Positions 10,292 to 21,857 of a stretch of 64,000 nucleotides of DNA are shown one piece after another (positions within the stretch are counted from its first letter, which is position 1; each line of letters opens with the position of its first letter). Source of the DNA: Candidatus Poribacteria bacterium (GTDB taxonomy: Bacteria; Poribacteria; WGA-4E; PCPOR2b); contig OZ244587.1 of the NCBI GenBank assembly GCA_965218095.1, forward strand, positions 6,048,001 through 6,112,000, read 5' to 3'. The notes under the pieces were generated by a model. The model had not been told where the DNA came from. It did not search any database and saw only the letters and a program-made list of their open reading frames with translations. Both the position numbers and the translations under genes were made by a program.

Positions 10292-11278
10292 CTAAAGAGG
10301 TCGGACGTTCGCTGGTACCACCACCTGGTTCAAAGAATTCGGAGGAGCGCGCCCTTGCAGGACTTCTGCCGCGTTCCTGGCAGCGGTCATGGACATCTTG
10401 CTGACAGATTCCTCTGTATAGGCAGCCGACCACGGTGTCAACAGGACATTATCCAGTTGTCCGAGCGGATCCTCCGGCGCTAAAGGTATCGGATCGTGCA
10501 CGTCGAGCGCGGCACCGGCAATCCCTCTCGCCTGCAACACTTTTGCCAAGGCTGCCTTGTCCACCACGGCGGGCCGGCTGGTGTCGATCAGATATGCTGT
10601 TTTCTTCATCAGTTTCAGCCTATGCTCGTTGATTAGCTTCCGCGTGTTCCTGTCGAGTAGCACGTGGACGCTGACAACGTCCGACCGGGCCAGCAGATCG
10701 TCGAGCGGTACATATTTGACCTGCCACGCTGCCGCAAAAGCATTGTCCGGCTGTACGTCGTAGGCGAGAACTTTCATTCCAAAGCCTCTTGCTCTTTTGA
10801 TGACCCGCCGGCCAATGCTGCCGGCGCCGAGGATGCCTAGGGTCAGGCTGTTCAACTCCCGCCCCCGGAACTTTTTCCACTTGCCCTGCTGTGTATCCCG
10901 TGCCATACCATGGATATTGCGTACCAAACAGAGGATCAAGCCAATCGTGAAGTCAGCCACCGCCACGGCCGGGCCGTTGGCGCCTGGAGCATTTGTCACC
11001 CACACGCCATGCTTGGTCGCCGCCGCTAGGTTGATGGCGTCGAAGCCAGCGCCGGCGCGGGCAACGATTCTGAGCCTGTCCGCCGCGTCGAACACTTTGG
11101 CAGTATACGGCTCATTGCCGGCGATGACAGCATCTACACCTTGGATTTCACGGATCACCGCCTCTTCTTCGAGGACGCCATCCCATTTGCGATGGCTTAC
11201 CTGGCAACCATTTTCTACCAGGTAGCCAAGCGCCTCCTGAGTCAGCTCATCCACCATTATATGGACTCTACATGTCAC
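10292..11278 (-). CDS. D-isomer 2-hydroxyacid dehydrogenase (phosphoglycerate dehydrogenase-like)
   Basis: GILGAGSIG, DTSRPAVVD and AALDV motifs. The usual catalytic TPH reads TPW and EP reads IP, so activity is uncertain. Confidence 0.85.
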   Translation of the reverse strand: MTCRVHIMVDELTQEALGYLVENGCQVSHRKWDGVLEEEAVIREIQGVDAVIAGNEPYTAKVFDAADRLRIVARAGAGFDAINLAAATKHGVWVTNAPGANGPAVAVADFTIGLILCLVRNIHGMARDTQQGKWKKFRGRELNSLTLGILGAGSIGRRVIKRARGFGMKVLAYDVQPDNAFAAAWQVKYVPLDDLLARSDVVSVHVLLDRNTRKLINEHRLKLMKKTAYLIDTSRPAVVDKAALAKVLQARGIAGAALDVHDPIPLAPEDPLGQLDNVLLTPWSAAYTEESVSKMSMTAARNAAEVLQGRAPPNSLNQVVVPANVRPL

Positions 11279-11381
11279 CTTGTTAGACCTCCTTTGTTTC
11301 CGCCTTATCAGTTACTCAGGCAATGTCTGCAAAACCCGAAATGAGCCCCTGATTTCGTTGTCATCTGGCTGAGTCCTCAAC

Positions 11382-12155
11382 TTAGATCTTGAGGTCTTGC
11401 AACATCTCCTTCATTTGGCGAAAACCTGAGACTAGGACGGCTTGATCGTTACCAGATTGCAAAAGGCGTGCGCCGCGCCGAAGTAGTGCCTCGGCGTGGT
11501 CCCGACTCTCAACAGGCGCTCCCCACCACTTACCATGCCTCGCGCAGGCTTCAGCCATAGCATCTGTCGCCTGATGTATCACCGGATGGTCCAACTGTCC
11601 TATCAAACCATAGCTCTGAGACAGATCGCCTGGGCCAAGCAACAAGGCGTCGATCCCTTCTGTCGCAGCGATGGTGTCAACCTCGTCGACCGCTTCTTTG
11701 TCCTCAATAATAACTGCGACCAGGGTCTCGCGATTAGCGTGCTGGAAATATTCCATTCGGTCTGATGTACCATAGTCCGCGTCAACGCTCCCACCCGCCC
11801 CACGCATTCCCAATGGTGCATACTTGGCGTCGCGGACGATGGATTTCGCGTCCTCAGCCCCCATACAGTGCGGGACGATGATGCCGGTGACGCCGGCTTC
11901 AAGGAGCTTCAAGATACCAGTGTATCCCGTACGTGCAACACGAACCAGGGAATCCATATCGTGCGCTCTGGCTGCCAGAATCATCTGAGATAATTCTCCA
12001 TAGCTGAAGTCGCTGTGCTCGTGTTCTATCCAGACCCCATCAAACCCAAGCACACCCATAAGGTCCACAACCTTCCAATGAGGCACAATCCAGGATTGAA
12101 CGATGACAACATACTCGTCCCGCTTCAGTTTTTCAAGAATAAGGCTTCGTCTCAT
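11382..12155 (-). CDS. HpcH/HpaI aldolase family protein
   Basis: VWIEHEHS, KYAPLGMRG, IIEDKEAV and GPGDLS motifs. Confidence 0.9.
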   Translation of the reverse strand: MRRSLILEKLKRDEYVVIVQSWIVPHWKVVDLMGVLGFDGVWIEHEHSDFSYGELSQMILAARAHDMDSLVRVARTGYTGILKLLEAGVTGIIVPHCMGAEDAKSIVRDAKYAPLGMRGAGGSVDADYGTSDRMEYFQHANRETLVAVIIEDKEAVDEVDTIAATEGIDALLLGPGDLSQSYGLIGQLDHPVIHQATDAMAEACARHGKWWGAPVESRDHAEALLRRGARLLQSGNDQAVLVSGFRQMKEMLQDLKI

Positions 12156-12300
12156 TGATATCTTCCTTTCGATAGTAGATTGTGGTCAAAACCTGCCTCA
12201 AATGTAGTAGACAGCATCAGGCTTTAACCATCCTTACTTGGAGTTGTATCTTGACTTTGTTAGATTAAAAGAGCTCATCGGCAGATCCACTGGTAGCTTG

Positions 12301-12403
12301 CCCCCCGGCCCCCACCTTCCCTCAATCCCTCCAACTTTGAGGGGGAGGGAAGAATCGCAAAAATTCCTGAAGCCTGCCCCGATCCATTATTGGGGGCCGG
12401 GGG
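12301..12403. repeat. GC-rich intergenic palindrome (REP-like)
   Basis: CCCCCCGGCCCCCA ... TGGGGGCCGGGGG, with internal CTTCCCTC..GAGGGAAG. Confidence 0.55.
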
Positions 12404-12521
12404 ACGTACCAAAATCAAGGTATTATAACACGGAAAATGGGGAAGATGCAGGAGAAAATGAGATAGTCTCGTCAGCATCAAAAATCAGGGACATCTTGGT
12501 TACTGGCTGTCACACCCGTAA

Positions 12522-13574
12522 TCAGCTATTGCGCCACACTACGACCTCCTCGCCCACCACCTTGAATTTCGCTCCTAACGGGCGCGATAGCTGCTCGACG
12601 GTGTGGACCACGCCTTGCCCTTTGGGGCTTTGTGGCAACACTAGTTGTGGTTGTCCTGTCTCGTTTCTCCACACTAGCGCAAAAGAAACCTTCACCAGTT
12701 CCTTTTCCCGCACCGCGCAATGGACCAGCAGCCCATCCCGGCAGCCCGTCATGCCTTCCTAGCCGAAGATGAAGTTTCCGAGACTGTAAAAAATGACACG
12801 TTCGTTGTAGACCTCGACTCTTTGCGGTACATGCGGGTGATGACCCATGACCAAATTTGCACCGGCGTCGATCGCCGCATGTCCGATTTCCACCTGATAG
12901 TCGACAATCTCCTCACTTCCCGATACACCCCAATGACAAGAAACCACCAGCACATCGACACATTCTCTCAGCGCCCTTACGTCTTGCTGCATCGCGCCAA
13001 GTTCTTCAGGGTCAGCCCATGAGACCACAATCGCCGGTGCGCCGGGCATCTCCAGCACACGGTGATGGGGACGATAGGCGGTATGCCCTTTGATGGTCGC
13101 TACCCCCGGTTGTCCCGGACCCGCCGCATACCCCACGGGCGAGAACACCGAGGTATACGCTAAAAATCCGAACCGCGTTCCCTTTCGCTCCAGCACTATT
13201 GGCTCTCGCGCTGACTCCCGGTCTTTTCCGGCGCCGGTGTAGGCGATTCCGTGCCGATCTAGATGCTGTAGCGACTCCACAATCGCTTCTGCACCGTAAG
13301 TGACGTTGTTCGCACACCCCCCCCCATCGAATCCGGCGACCACCACCCCTGTGATCGTCGAGCGAGCCGGATGAAACCACCCTGGCTTGTATGGAATCTC
13401 AACTGATGGATCAGCAAAACACCCCTCGCAATTTCCGAACTGCAGGTCTGCCGCGTCGAAAACCTCCTGCACCAACACGAAAGGCAGATTCGGGTCTGTC
13501 ATATTTCTGAGATTGACATCGCCAACCAGGATAACGGAGAGCGCATTGCCCTCCAGACGACTCCATTGAGCCAT
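12522..13574 (-). pseudogene. CapA/PGA_cap family metallophosphatase with a premature stop
   Basis: GDVN, CANN, CHWG, GHHPHV and YSLGNF motifs. In-frame TAG at 12759-12761 (likely TGG), with the frame continuing to 12522. Confidence 0.85.
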
Positions 13575-13728
13575 AGCCACCTCCTGAACAGCTTCCTGGT
13601 ATCAGGGAGACATGTTTGAAAAAACGGTGCAGGTCTGAGCGGGCTGTTATCTGACTATATCCCGCCTTGGAGAGCGGCATAATATCGGCCACGCCCATAA
13701 TATCCCGTTTCAGCACGACGCCATGTCG

Positions 13729-14547
13729 CTATTTCCCTCGAAACGTCGGTCTTCGCTTTTCCATGAACGCCCGACGTCCCTCTTTATAATCCTCGCTGGC
13801 GTAGCAGTCATCTACGAGGCGTCTGCAAAGATCGAGATTCCGGTCGTCCGGATCTTTGCAAATCTCCGCGATGATCTGCTTGCAGGCTTTGATGGTAAGA
13901 GGTGCATTGTTGGCGATGGTCTCCGTGTATTCATTCACAAAGCCATCCAGTTCGTCCCTGGTCAGCACATGGTTTATGAGCCCCATGTCGTAGGCTTCCG
14001 CCGCGCTAAATTGTCTAGCGGTGAACAGAATCTCCTTGGCGCAGATCGGGCCGACGAGGGCGACCAACGGTCTTAACCCGCCATAGCCATAGCCGAGCCC
14101 GAGCTTGGCCGCAGGAATACCGAATTTTGAATCGTCGGTGGCGAAACGCAGGTCACAACAGAGTGATGTTGCCAGTCCACCGCCAATGCAATACCCCGTA
14201 ATCTTGGCGATGGTGGGCTTAGAAACGTTGGTAAGTTTCTGGTTAGCGAGTCCGCTCGCCGTGTTGTAGATCTCAACGGCATCCGCCGACGCTCGCTTTT
14301 CCTCGAATTGTGATATATCCGCGCCGGCGGAAAATGCCCTGCCTCCCTCGCCCGAAACGACAATCACGCGGACGCTATCGTCGGACTCGAAATCGTCCAT
14401 AACCTGGGAGATGCCCTGCCACATTTCGTAAGAAATGGCGTTGTGCTTTTCGGGCCGATTCAGGCCGAGATAACCGACTCCTTTCTTCCTTTCGACGATG
14501 AGCGTTTCCGTCATGTTGTTTCTCGAACCTGTCGCTGTATCGTTCAT
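13729..14547 (-). CDS. Enoyl-CoA hydratase/isomerase
   Basis: AFSAGADI, CIGGG, PAAKLGL and DYKEGRRAF motifs. Confidence 0.92.
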   Translation of the reverse strand: MNDTATGSRNNMTETLIVERKKGVGYLGLNRPEKHNAISYEMWQGISQVMDDFESDDSVRVIVVSGEGGRAFSAGADISQFEEKRASADAVEIYNTASGLANQKLTNVSKPTIAKITGYCIGGGLATSLCCDLRFATDDSKFGIPAAKLGLGYGYGGLRPLVALVGPICAKEILFTARQFSAAEAYDMGLINHVLTRDELDGFVNEYTETIANNAPLTIKACKQIIAEICKDPDDRNLDLCRRLVDDCYASEDYKEGRRAFMEKRRPTFRGK

Positions 14548-15731
14548 ACGATGTTCCCCTTTCGCAGTGCCTCAATCTCGTCATCAGAGAATTCAAACTC
14601 CCTCAAGACTTCATCTGTGTGTTCCCCCAGCTCGGGAGCGGGACGATACGTCATCTTTGGGGTCCCACTCAGGTTCGTCGCATGACGCAGCACATTCAGT
14701 ATGCCGAGCGCCGGGTGCTCCACGGGGCGTGACATTTCGAGATGTTCCACCTGCGGATCTGCCCACATCTCGTCCATATGGTAGATCGGACCACAAGGCA
14801 CACCTGCTTCGTTGAGCAAATCAATCCATTCGCCGCTGCTTCCTTTTGAGAAATAGTCACCCAGCTTGTCGTTCAACGCATCTCGATTCCATGACCTTGC
14901 CCCATCGTCGGCATAGTCGGGATGGTTGCGAAGTTCGTCGGCCGAAAGCACGTCACAGAGCCGCTGCCACATCACGTCGCCGCTGGCCGCAATGTTGATG
15001 TAGCCGTTGGTGGTCTGAAATACACCGGTTGGAATGCTCGTGGGGTGATTGTTGCCTGCCTGCCCAGGCACCTCGTTTCCGATGAGCCAGCGCGCCGCTT
15101 GGAAATCGAGCATGGCGATCTGCGCTTCGAGCAGCGATGTGTGCACCCATTGCCCTTCGCCGGTTTCCTCACGTTGCAGCAACGCGGTCAGAATTCCGAG
15201 GGCAGCGTACATCCCGGAGGCGAGGTCTGCGATAGGCACGCCGACTCGCATGGGGCCCTGGCCCGGCGCCCCGGTGATCCACATTAAACCGCCCATCCCT
15301 TGAGCGATCTGATCGAAACCCGGTCGCATCCGGTAGGGACCGTCCTGCCCGAAACCGGAAATGCTGGCATAGACAATGCACGGGTTTTCCGAGCGGCACG
15401 CTTCGTAATTGATGTTGAGTCTGCCTTTGACGTCGGGGCGAAAGTTCTCCACCACCACATCCGCTCGCTTTACCATGCGCATGAATGCCGCCCGTCCGGC
15501 TTTAGCCTTGAGGTTCAGTGTGAGACTGCGTTTGTTTCGCTGGAGATTCTGAAAATCAAAGCCATGGCGGGCGCCGCCGAGATCCTTGGACTTGTCGATA
15601 TTTTCAGGCAGTTCGATTTTTATGACGTTGGCACCCCAATCGGCAAGCTGGCGTACAGCCGTCGGTCCGGCTCGGACCCGGGTTAAATCAAGAACTGTAA
15701 AACGAGAGAGGGGGGCTTTATGATTGATCAT
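14544..15731 (-). CDS. CaiB/BaiF family III CoA-transferase
   Basis: RNKRSLTLNLK, VENFRP, SISGFGQDGP and GFDQIAQ motifs; translationally coupled to the hydratase. Confidence 0.93.
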   Translation of the reverse strand: MINHKAPLSRFTVLDLTRVRAGPTAVRQLADWGANVIKIELPENIDKSKDLGGARHGFDFQNLQRNKRSLTLNLKAKAGRAAFMRMVKRADVVVENFRPDVKGRLNINYEACRSENPCIVYASISGFGQDGPYRMRPGFDQIAQGMGGLMWITGAPGQGPMRVGVPIADLASGMYAALGILTALLQREETGEGQWVHTSLLEAQIAMLDFQAARWLIGNEVPGQAGNNHPTSIPTGVFQTTNGYINIAASGDVMWQRLCDVLSADELRNHPDYADDGARSWNRDALNDKLGDYFSKGSSGEWIDLLNEAGVPCGPIYHMDEMWADPQVEHLEMSRPVEHPALGILNVLRHATNLSGTPKMTYRPAPELGEHTDEVLREFEFSDDEIEALRKGNIV

Positions 15732-15805
15732 CGGTTAATTCTAACTGCTTTGTCGAGGTGTGCAAGGCGCCAACTGTACAGAGTATGTGGCTCGGACTTC
15801 TTCCG

Positions 15806-16486
15806 TCACTGAGATTTAATCACCTGATCATGAGGATATGTGCCTCGAACGGAAACTAGCGGATACACCAAGCAGCGTTTCCCAAGCACCGTGCCCGGAT
15901 TCAGCACAGCATTACACCCCATCTGCGTGTGATCTCCGATTATTCCACCAAATTTTTGGAGTCCGGTTGCATAAGTTTTCTTGTCGATATCCCGGAGAAT
16001 CACTTCAGCGCCCGTTATTTTTTTATTTGAGAGTTTGACACCGGCGCCTAGATTGACTCCAAAACCGACGATTGAATCGCCGATGTAGTTCCAATGGCTT
16101 GCTCTTACCCCATCCATGAGGATCGAATGCTTAATCTCCGTCGTGTTTCCAACTACACACTCACTTCCAATCAGGACATTTTCACGAATGTACGCATTGT
16201 GCCGGACAACCGTTCTATCACCAATGATCGCCGGCCCTTTGATGTATGCATGAGGTTCTACAACGACATCTGCCCCCAGGACAACATCAGGGCTTACGAT
16301 GGCTCCCGGCATAATGTTGACATTCGGTTGATGCCGCCGTTCCAGAGTATGAGCGGCAATATACCCTTCCAACCGCGTAAGTACTTCCCACACATAGTTA
16401 ATGCCTTCAAATAACGCCTTATGTTCAAAGCATTCATAATCAAAGAGTGCTTCAGGGAATATCATGCCTGATTCAGTGTTTGCCAT
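15806..16486 (-). CDS. Hexapeptide-repeat acyltransferase (GlmU C-terminal-like)
   Basis: Left-handed beta-helix repeats, [16 protein letters not shown] and GCNAVLNPG. Confidence 0.85.
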   Translation of the reverse strand: MANTESGMIFPEALFDYECFEHKALFEGINYVWEVLTRLEGYIAAHTLERRHQPNVNIMPGAIVSPDVVLGADVVVEPHAYIKGPAIIGDRTVVRHNAYIRENVLIGSECVVGNTTEIKHSILMDGVRASHWNYIGDSIVGFGVNLGAGVKLSNKKITGAEVILRDIDKKTYATGLQKFGGIIGDHTQMGCNAVLNPGTVLGKRCLVYPLVSVRGTYPHDQVIKSQ

Positions 16487-17609
16487 TACACATTGTCCTC
16501 TCTGATTGATGTTCCGGCGATGAAGTGGTTGTTTGTCGTGATTCCCATGCGGCTGCCCTTTCTTCCAACTCGGCGTACTCTTTTAGTAGTTGCTCCTGTT
16601 GCCACGTCAGGGTGGTCGGAACTTCAATAATCACCGTGACGAGGAGATCTCCATACTCATTTTCAGATTTCTGAATCCCCCGTCTTTTCAAACGGAAAGT
16701 CTGATTGGACTGTGTTCCTCGGGGAATGTTCAACGTGACGGAACTGGAAAGCGTTGGGACATGAATTTCTCCACCCAGCGCTGCCCTTGCAAAGCCAATC
16801 GAGATTTGACATTGCAAATCATACCCATCACGCCGCAGGACAGGGTGTGGCTCAACACGAACCTCCACAAACAGATCGCCACTTTCTCCTCCGCGTAAGC
16901 CGCATTCCCCCTGACTAGGCAAGCGCAATGATTTCCCACTCTCAATTCCCGGAGGAATCTTCACCAGTAAAGACCGCTCCTTGCGACGGACGCTTGTCCC
17001 CCGACAAGTCTGACACGGATGGTGGATCAGCACGCCTGTCCCCTGACAGCGGTTACACGGTTTATTGTACGATGCACCACCGAGCGGTGATTGATTGGAG
17101 GCCTCGCCGCTGCCCGTACATTTGGGACAGGTTGATTGCGGTGAGCCCTTTCGCTTACCAGCGCCCCCACAATTTTCGCATGCCTCATTGCGTTGAATAC
17201 GGATAGTTTTCTCCACCCCCGACATAGCTTCTGTGAACGGGATGGCCAGATTCGTTCGTATATCAGCACCACGCTTTCCCTTTGCCTCAGTGTGCTGCTG
17301 GGTCTTAAACAGATTATCAAAAATAGCGCTAAATCTGGAACCACCATCCTCAGAACGCTTAAATCCGCCGAATCCCTGGTTCTTTGTATCTGTACCTGAT
17401 GACTGATCGTAGGTGTGCCGCGGATTCGGCTCGCTCAATGCCTGATAAGCCATTGATGCTTCCTTGAATTTTTCCTCTGCCCGCTTATCGCCCGGATTTT
17501 TGTCCGGATGATATCGCAGCGCAATTTTTCGATAGGCTTTTTTTATTTCTTCAAAGGTGGCATTTCGACTCACGCCAAGTATTTGATAGTAGTCTTTTTT
17601 TCGCATCAA
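16473..17609 (-). CDS. dnaJ: Molecular chaperone DnaJ
   Basis: J-domain HPD, four CxxCxGxG-type zinc motifs and the C-terminal domain. Confidence 0.93.
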   Translation of the reverse strand: MMRKKDYYQILGVSRNATFEEIKKAYRKIALRYHPDKNPGDKRAEEKFKEASMAYQALSEPNPRHTYDQSSGTDTKNQGFGGFKRSEDGGSRFSAIFDNLFKTQQHTEAKGKRGADIRTNLAIPFTEAMSGVEKTIRIQRNEACENCGGAGKRKGSPQSTCPKCTGSGEASNQSPLGGASYNKPCNRCQGTGVLIHHPCQTCRGTSVRRKERSLLVKIPPGIESGKSLRLPSQGECGLRGGESGDLFVEVRVEPHPVLRRDGYDLQCQISIGFARAALGGEIHVPTLSSSVTLNIPRGTQSNQTFRLKRRGIQKSENEYGDLLVTVIIEVPTTLTWQQEQLLKEYAELEERAAAWESRQTTTSSPEHQSERTMCNGKH

Positions 17610-17635
17610 TTTTCTATCTTCTTTCCTTTTATGTT

Positions 17636-20374
17636 TTATCGTTGGATTAATAACACCCGCTTCGTTCCCTTATTTGAGGCCGTTCGGACGAGTGTTTTAA
17701 GGTCAGGAATCTCATCAACGCCAACGGTTGGAACATGAAAGTGGATGGTCTGCTTCATCGCCATTTTTCGCTTAGATTTCGTGTATTTGAGTTGGATAGA
17801 TCCAACGCTGTTGCGAATCTCACCATCTTCAGGTACAGAGTTAATTACAAATGGAGACGTTAAATTGACGATGAGCTCATCTTCAAAGGTAAGCGCTTTG
17901 CCGAGGAGGACCGGGTGTGTACGGCTGCCTTCACTCAGCAGCGCCGCATAAGGGTGCTTGACAATCGGCAATTTGAGAACATACTGCCGACCAATTGCGA
18001 AAAGATAATCCGCACAATGCCATGACAGCGAAATTTCCAATTCGTTTCCCATTGTATCCAAATCTGAAATCTTAAACTGATCTAACTTCGCGCGATCGTC
18101 AAGCTCAATATGCTCTCGCAGAAATTTCGCGCGCTCATCAGGGTTTCTGTATTTCAATTGGCTTCGGAGTTTCGTGTTGAATTCACCGGTGACAATGAGC
18201 TCCTGATCGACCTTCACCGAAAGATTTCTCTCTACCTGAATCCGTGTAACCACGCGCTTCAGATTGCCATCCGCCGGAATTGTCGGGCTCTTTGCAAATT
18301 GATACAAACGATTGTGCATCCCTTTGCCCATCTCACCTTTTTTTCCGGTAAGAAAATCAGGATTGACAATCAGTGTCCACCGATCCTGATCGCTTGCGGG
18401 GAGGTCGCCAAAAGCGCAGGTTTCCGCGGTCGCATCCAGCCAGATGAGATCGCCATCGTTATTTTCCTCCACAGCGAGAATCATGTGATTGAAGTAGGCG
18501 AGTGACGGAATTTCGTGGACGACTCTGCTGGATTCGCCAGCGGAGATTAACACAGGATAGGACTTAATCCCTGCTACGGAGAGCATCGTACTCAGCAATG
18601 TCGCTTTATCCTTGCAGTCCCCATAGCCTTCTTTGAAGATCTGGGGCGCTGCGTGTGGCTTAATCGCCCAGATGCCGAGCTCAATGCCAACATAATCGAT
18701 ATTCGCTGCGACGTATTCGTAGAGCCGCTTGATCTTCTCCTTCCGAATCCAGGCTCCCTTGAGCAACACTTTCGTCCTCTGCTCGATTTCCGGCGTGATA
18801 TAATCTTGTTCGCGGATGAGCGTCACGTACCATTCAACAAGGCTTTCCCACGAGTCAAGCGATGTGATACTGATACTATAGGCAAGATCTTCGATGGCGG
18901 GCATAAAGGCTTCTTCACGTAACGCAGGAACATCTTGCGCCTTAAACGTATAGGTGCGCGTGTAGTTCGTCTCTGTAACCGTCGGTTCGATTTGTGGGCC
19001 ATTGATCTGATAGTGGAGTTCCTTCTTTTTCGGGACATGAATGGTAAAGCGGTAGTGCCGCACAGGCTCCGAAGTTTGGAGGAAGACCTGACGCCAAAAT
19101 TCGCCGCGCATAAGGTGTTCCCGATTTCTAGACGAGTAAGCGTAGTCAATGATACAACCATCGGACATCTCAGGCATTGTAAAGTGCATAAGCCGAGCAT
19201 CGACGAACAAGCCGGCTTGAACCGCGCTCGGCGGCGGAATATCCTTGATAATTTTACGCTGATTAAGCATAATCGTTCGGCCATCCGATGTAATCGTTCG
19301 GGCGTAATGAATGGTAATATCATCGTTTCCGCGGGTATAGGGAATGCTGACTTCGCCAAACTTTCTTCCTTTCTCATTCAAGATTTTCACGACCCGTCGC
19401 ATTGAATAGATGTAACTGCTGTCTTCGTCAACGTCCAGCACTTCAGTTTCCCACAATACGACAGCACCGGCATATGGAAAGTCGTCTGCCTTCGGTGCGT
19501 CAGCGATCAACGCTTTGATCTGTTGCTCTTCTGCTTCCGAAACGAAATCATAAGAAAGTGCAGTAGCAACAACGAGCGATGAACGCCGTTTCCCGAAGAA
19601 TGTCCCTTGAGCGAGCAATCCATCATTGGGGAGCTCCTTGCGAGAGGGGATGCCATCCCCATTGTCGTCGAGGTGTGGGTGTTCCGATTGAACGGAACCA
19701 TCGTTTTCGTACCACGTTTTCACCCGATCTTGGGTATACAAAAATGCTTCTAACAGAGAGATTGCACCGTCTCTGTCTGTATCCGCAGCGGCATCGGAAA
19801 AGGCATCGATGAAAATATTGCCGAATCCCGATTGCATATACCCTTCATGCGGTGAACATGACGTGATAATCGTTCGCCCCTCCTTGCTGACTTGTGGTAC
19901 CATGCGGGCACTGTAAGGAAATCCGAAAATCAGGATGGTCTGTTCAGCGGAGATCTGATTGATGAAATCGGCATATTCCGTGCCGTTGAGATCCCGTCCG
20001 GGGAGGTTAAATTTTAGTCCGGCTCCAGTTTTGGTCGCATGCCCGATCATAAAGAAGACAAATCGATCCCCCGGTTGTACTTTCTGTGCAATCTCAGCGA
20101 AAGCACTCTCAACACCCGCTTTCGTCGACTTCCCATCAACCAAACCCAGCGCCTCTCCGTCATCTTCAAACAGGAAGCTGATATGCTCTGGCGAATAACC
20201 GTATTCCTCTGTCAACAGGTTGTGCATTCGTGATGTTGCGCTCCAAAATTCATCGTAAAAGGATTTCTCTCCACCCACGCCGCCGACAATCAGGGCGTAA
20301 TCTTCGGCGAAGGTTTCCAGTGCGATGACCAGAATGCAGGTCAAAAGTATGCAAACGAAAAGCGTCCTTATCAT
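17636..20374 (-). CDS. Secreted caspase/C13-like + DUF3857 + transglutaminase-domain protein
   Basis: Signal peptide; N-terminal [21 protein letters not shown] domain; transglutaminase triad GDCKDKA / FNHMI / WLDAT. Start ATG at 20374 follows AAGGAG. Confidence 0.8.
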   Translation of the reverse strand: MIRTLFVCILLTCILVIALETFAEDYALIVGGVGGEKSFYDEFWSATSRMHNLLTEEYGYSPEHISFLFEDDGEALGLVDGKSTKAGVESAFAEIAQKVQPGDRFVFFMIGHATKTGAGLKFNLPGRDLNGTEYADFINQISAEQTILIFGFPYSARMVPQVSKEGRTIITSCSPHEGYMQSGFGNIFIDAFSDAAADTDRDGAISLLEAFLYTQDRVKTWYENDGSVQSEHPHLDDNGDGIPSRKELPNDGLLAQGTFFGKRRSSLVVATALSYDFVSEAEEQQIKALIADAPKADDFPYAGAVVLWETEVLDVDEDSSYIYSMRRVVKILNEKGRKFGEVSIPYTRGNDDITIHYARTITSDGRTIMLNQRKIIKDIPPPSAVQAGLFVDARLMHFTMPEMSDGCIIDYAYSSRNREHLMRGEFWRQVFLQTSEPVRHYRFTIHVPKKKELHYQINGPQIEPTVTETNYTRTYTFKAQDVPALREEAFMPAIEDLAYSISITSLDSWESLVEWYVTLIREQDYITPEIEQRTKVLLKGAWIRKEKIKRLYEYVAANIDYVGIELGIWAIKPHAAPQIFKEGYGDCKDKATLLSTMLSVAGIKSYPVLISAGESSRVVHEIPSLAYFNHMILAVEENNDGDLIWLDATAETCAFGDLPASDQDRWTLIVNPDFLTGKKGEMGKGMHNRLYQFAKSPTIPADGNLKRVVTRIQVERNLSVKVDQELIVTGEFNTKLRSQLKYRNPDERAKFLREHIELDDRAKLDQFKISDLDTMGNELEISLSWHCADYLFAIGRQYVLKLPIVKHPYAALLSEGSRTHPVLLGKALTFEDELIVNLTSPFVINSVPEDGEIRNSVGSIQLKYTKSKRKMAMKQTIHFHVPTVGVDEIPDLKTLVRTASNKGTKRVLLIQR

Positions 20375-20402
20375 ATCAGTCAACTCCTTTGAAATTGGCG
20401 AA

Positions 20403-20738
20403 TCACCCATTCGCCTTAAAGTCTGCTTCAGCTTGAGCGGCAACCTGTTGAAGTGGTAGTATCTCGGCACCGATGAGTAAGGGGGGAATACGCAGCACAC
20501 CTATATCATTATCCTGTAGACGCAAAAAGATATGGGCACGGTCGGAGGCAATCTGTAGAATCAGATCCGTCGCTGTTCGGAGCAGGATTGGCGGCACACG
20601 CCAGGGGCCGGTCTCAAAAGTCCGTCGCAGACTTTCCGGCTTACCCGATTCGTTGACAATGATAGCAACCACGGTTTGAGCCCCTGTGTTTTCGGTGTAC
20701 ACCCGCTTGCCGTCGCCTAGATCACTCATGTATATCAT
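20403..20738 (-). CDS. Hypothetical protein
   Basis: 111-aa ORF with RBS GAGGTGG. The pattern DLGDGKRVYTEN.GAQT...FETGPW..PP resembles the N-terminal domain of cyanobacterial zinc-ribbon proteins (recalled, unverified). Confidence 0.6.
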   Translation of the reverse strand: MIYMSDLGDGKRVYTENTGAQTVVAIIVNESGKPESLRRTFETGPWRVPPILLRTATDLILQIASDRAHIFLRLQDNDIGVLRIPPLLIGAEILPLQQVAAQAEADFKANG

Positions 20739-20756
20739 TTTCCACCACCTCGCCGG

Positions 20757-20945
20757 CTAAAGAGTTGCGTGGTCGTCGCCAAATAGCTCGAGCGCATCAA
20801 GATTGTCAACTAAATCGGCGGCAAAGAGCGCGCTTAACGGATCGGATAACCCCACCCCAACTTTAAAATGGTTAATCCAATGAGTATACTCAGCTATAAT
20901 GTGTTGTTGCACCTCGGCGATTGTACAGGTTGAGTTGTCTCGCAT
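20757..20945 (-). CDS. Small hypothetical protein
   Basis: Co-directional short ORF between moaC and the next gene. Confidence 0.35.
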   Translation of the reverse strand: MRDNSTCTIAEVQQHIIAEYTHWINHFKVGVGLSDPLSALFAADLVDNLDALELFGDDHATL

Positions 20946-21044
20946 CGCGAGAATGCCTTTATTAACCTTTGGTGCTAATTGGTGGGGATGTAGTCTCCAC
21001 AAGGGATATAGAATTTACATATTCTGTTTTCTGTGTTTTGGTGT

Positions 21045-21524
21045 TTACTCTTCCCTCACAAACGTTCCACTTTTGCCGCCCGTCTTTTTGACTAGTCGAA
21101 TATCCGAAATCACCATCTCCCGATCCACGGCCTTACACATATCGTAGACAGTCAAACCAGCGACGGAGACGGCGGTCAAGGCTTCCATCTCCACACCGGT
21201 CCGTCCGACGGTCTGCACCTCTGCCTCGATTTCGACGCGATGTTCCGCTTCGTTGATTGACAGATCGACTTTGACCGAGGTAAGCGCAAGCGGATGACAG
21301 AGGGGGATGAGATCCCCGGTGCGCTTAGGCCCCATGATGCCAGCGAGTCGAGCCACTTCGAGGACATCGCCTTTTGTGAACCCACGCTCGGCGATTAAAC
21401 GGATCGTTTCTGGTTTTGCGGACACATGCCCGCGTGCCACTGCAACCCGCAGTGTTTCCGCTTTTGGTGTCACATCAGCCATACGGGTATGTCCTTTTTC
21501 GTCAAAATGTGTGAGTTTATTCAT
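21045..21524 (-). CDS. moaC: Cyclic pyranopterin monophosphate synthase MoaC
   Basis: [26 protein letters not shown] and KTGGKSG motifs. Confidence 0.97.
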   Translation of the reverse strand: MNKLTHFDEKGHTRMADVTPKAETLRVAVARGHVSAKPETIRLIAERGFTKGDVLEVARLAGIMGPKRTGDLIPLCHPLALTSVKVDLSINEAEHRVEIEAEVQTVGRTGVEMEALTAVSVAGLTVYDMCKAVDREMVISDIRLVKKTGGKSGTFVREE

Positions 21525-21857
21525 TTTTGCTTTCTCTCCACAACCGAATCATTCAGAGGAACGTCGACCACAAAAAGCCTTTCCTCACACCCAATGAAGA
21601 GTTTGTCTGACTCATGGATTGAATAATAGACCAATGTTCATGGTGATTATGGATTACTGTAATTTTCATCAGACTCTACCTCCTCAACCACCGCCGTCAC
21701 CCAATCAAACTGCGGCTTAAGCGCGGGATAAAGATTTCGATAAATCTGATAGTATTCCTCATAGATCTTCGCGCTTATAAGGTTTAGGCTTGCAAGTTTT
21801 GTGTAAATTTGATACAATATAGGCATCAAACCCTTATGAATAAAGGAGTTGAGATGA

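Noticed and set aside
12759-12761. Pyrrolysine or other TAG read-through in capA
   Set aside because: The position fits TGG-to-TAG, there are no pyl genes in the window, and many other nonsense lesions occur nearby.
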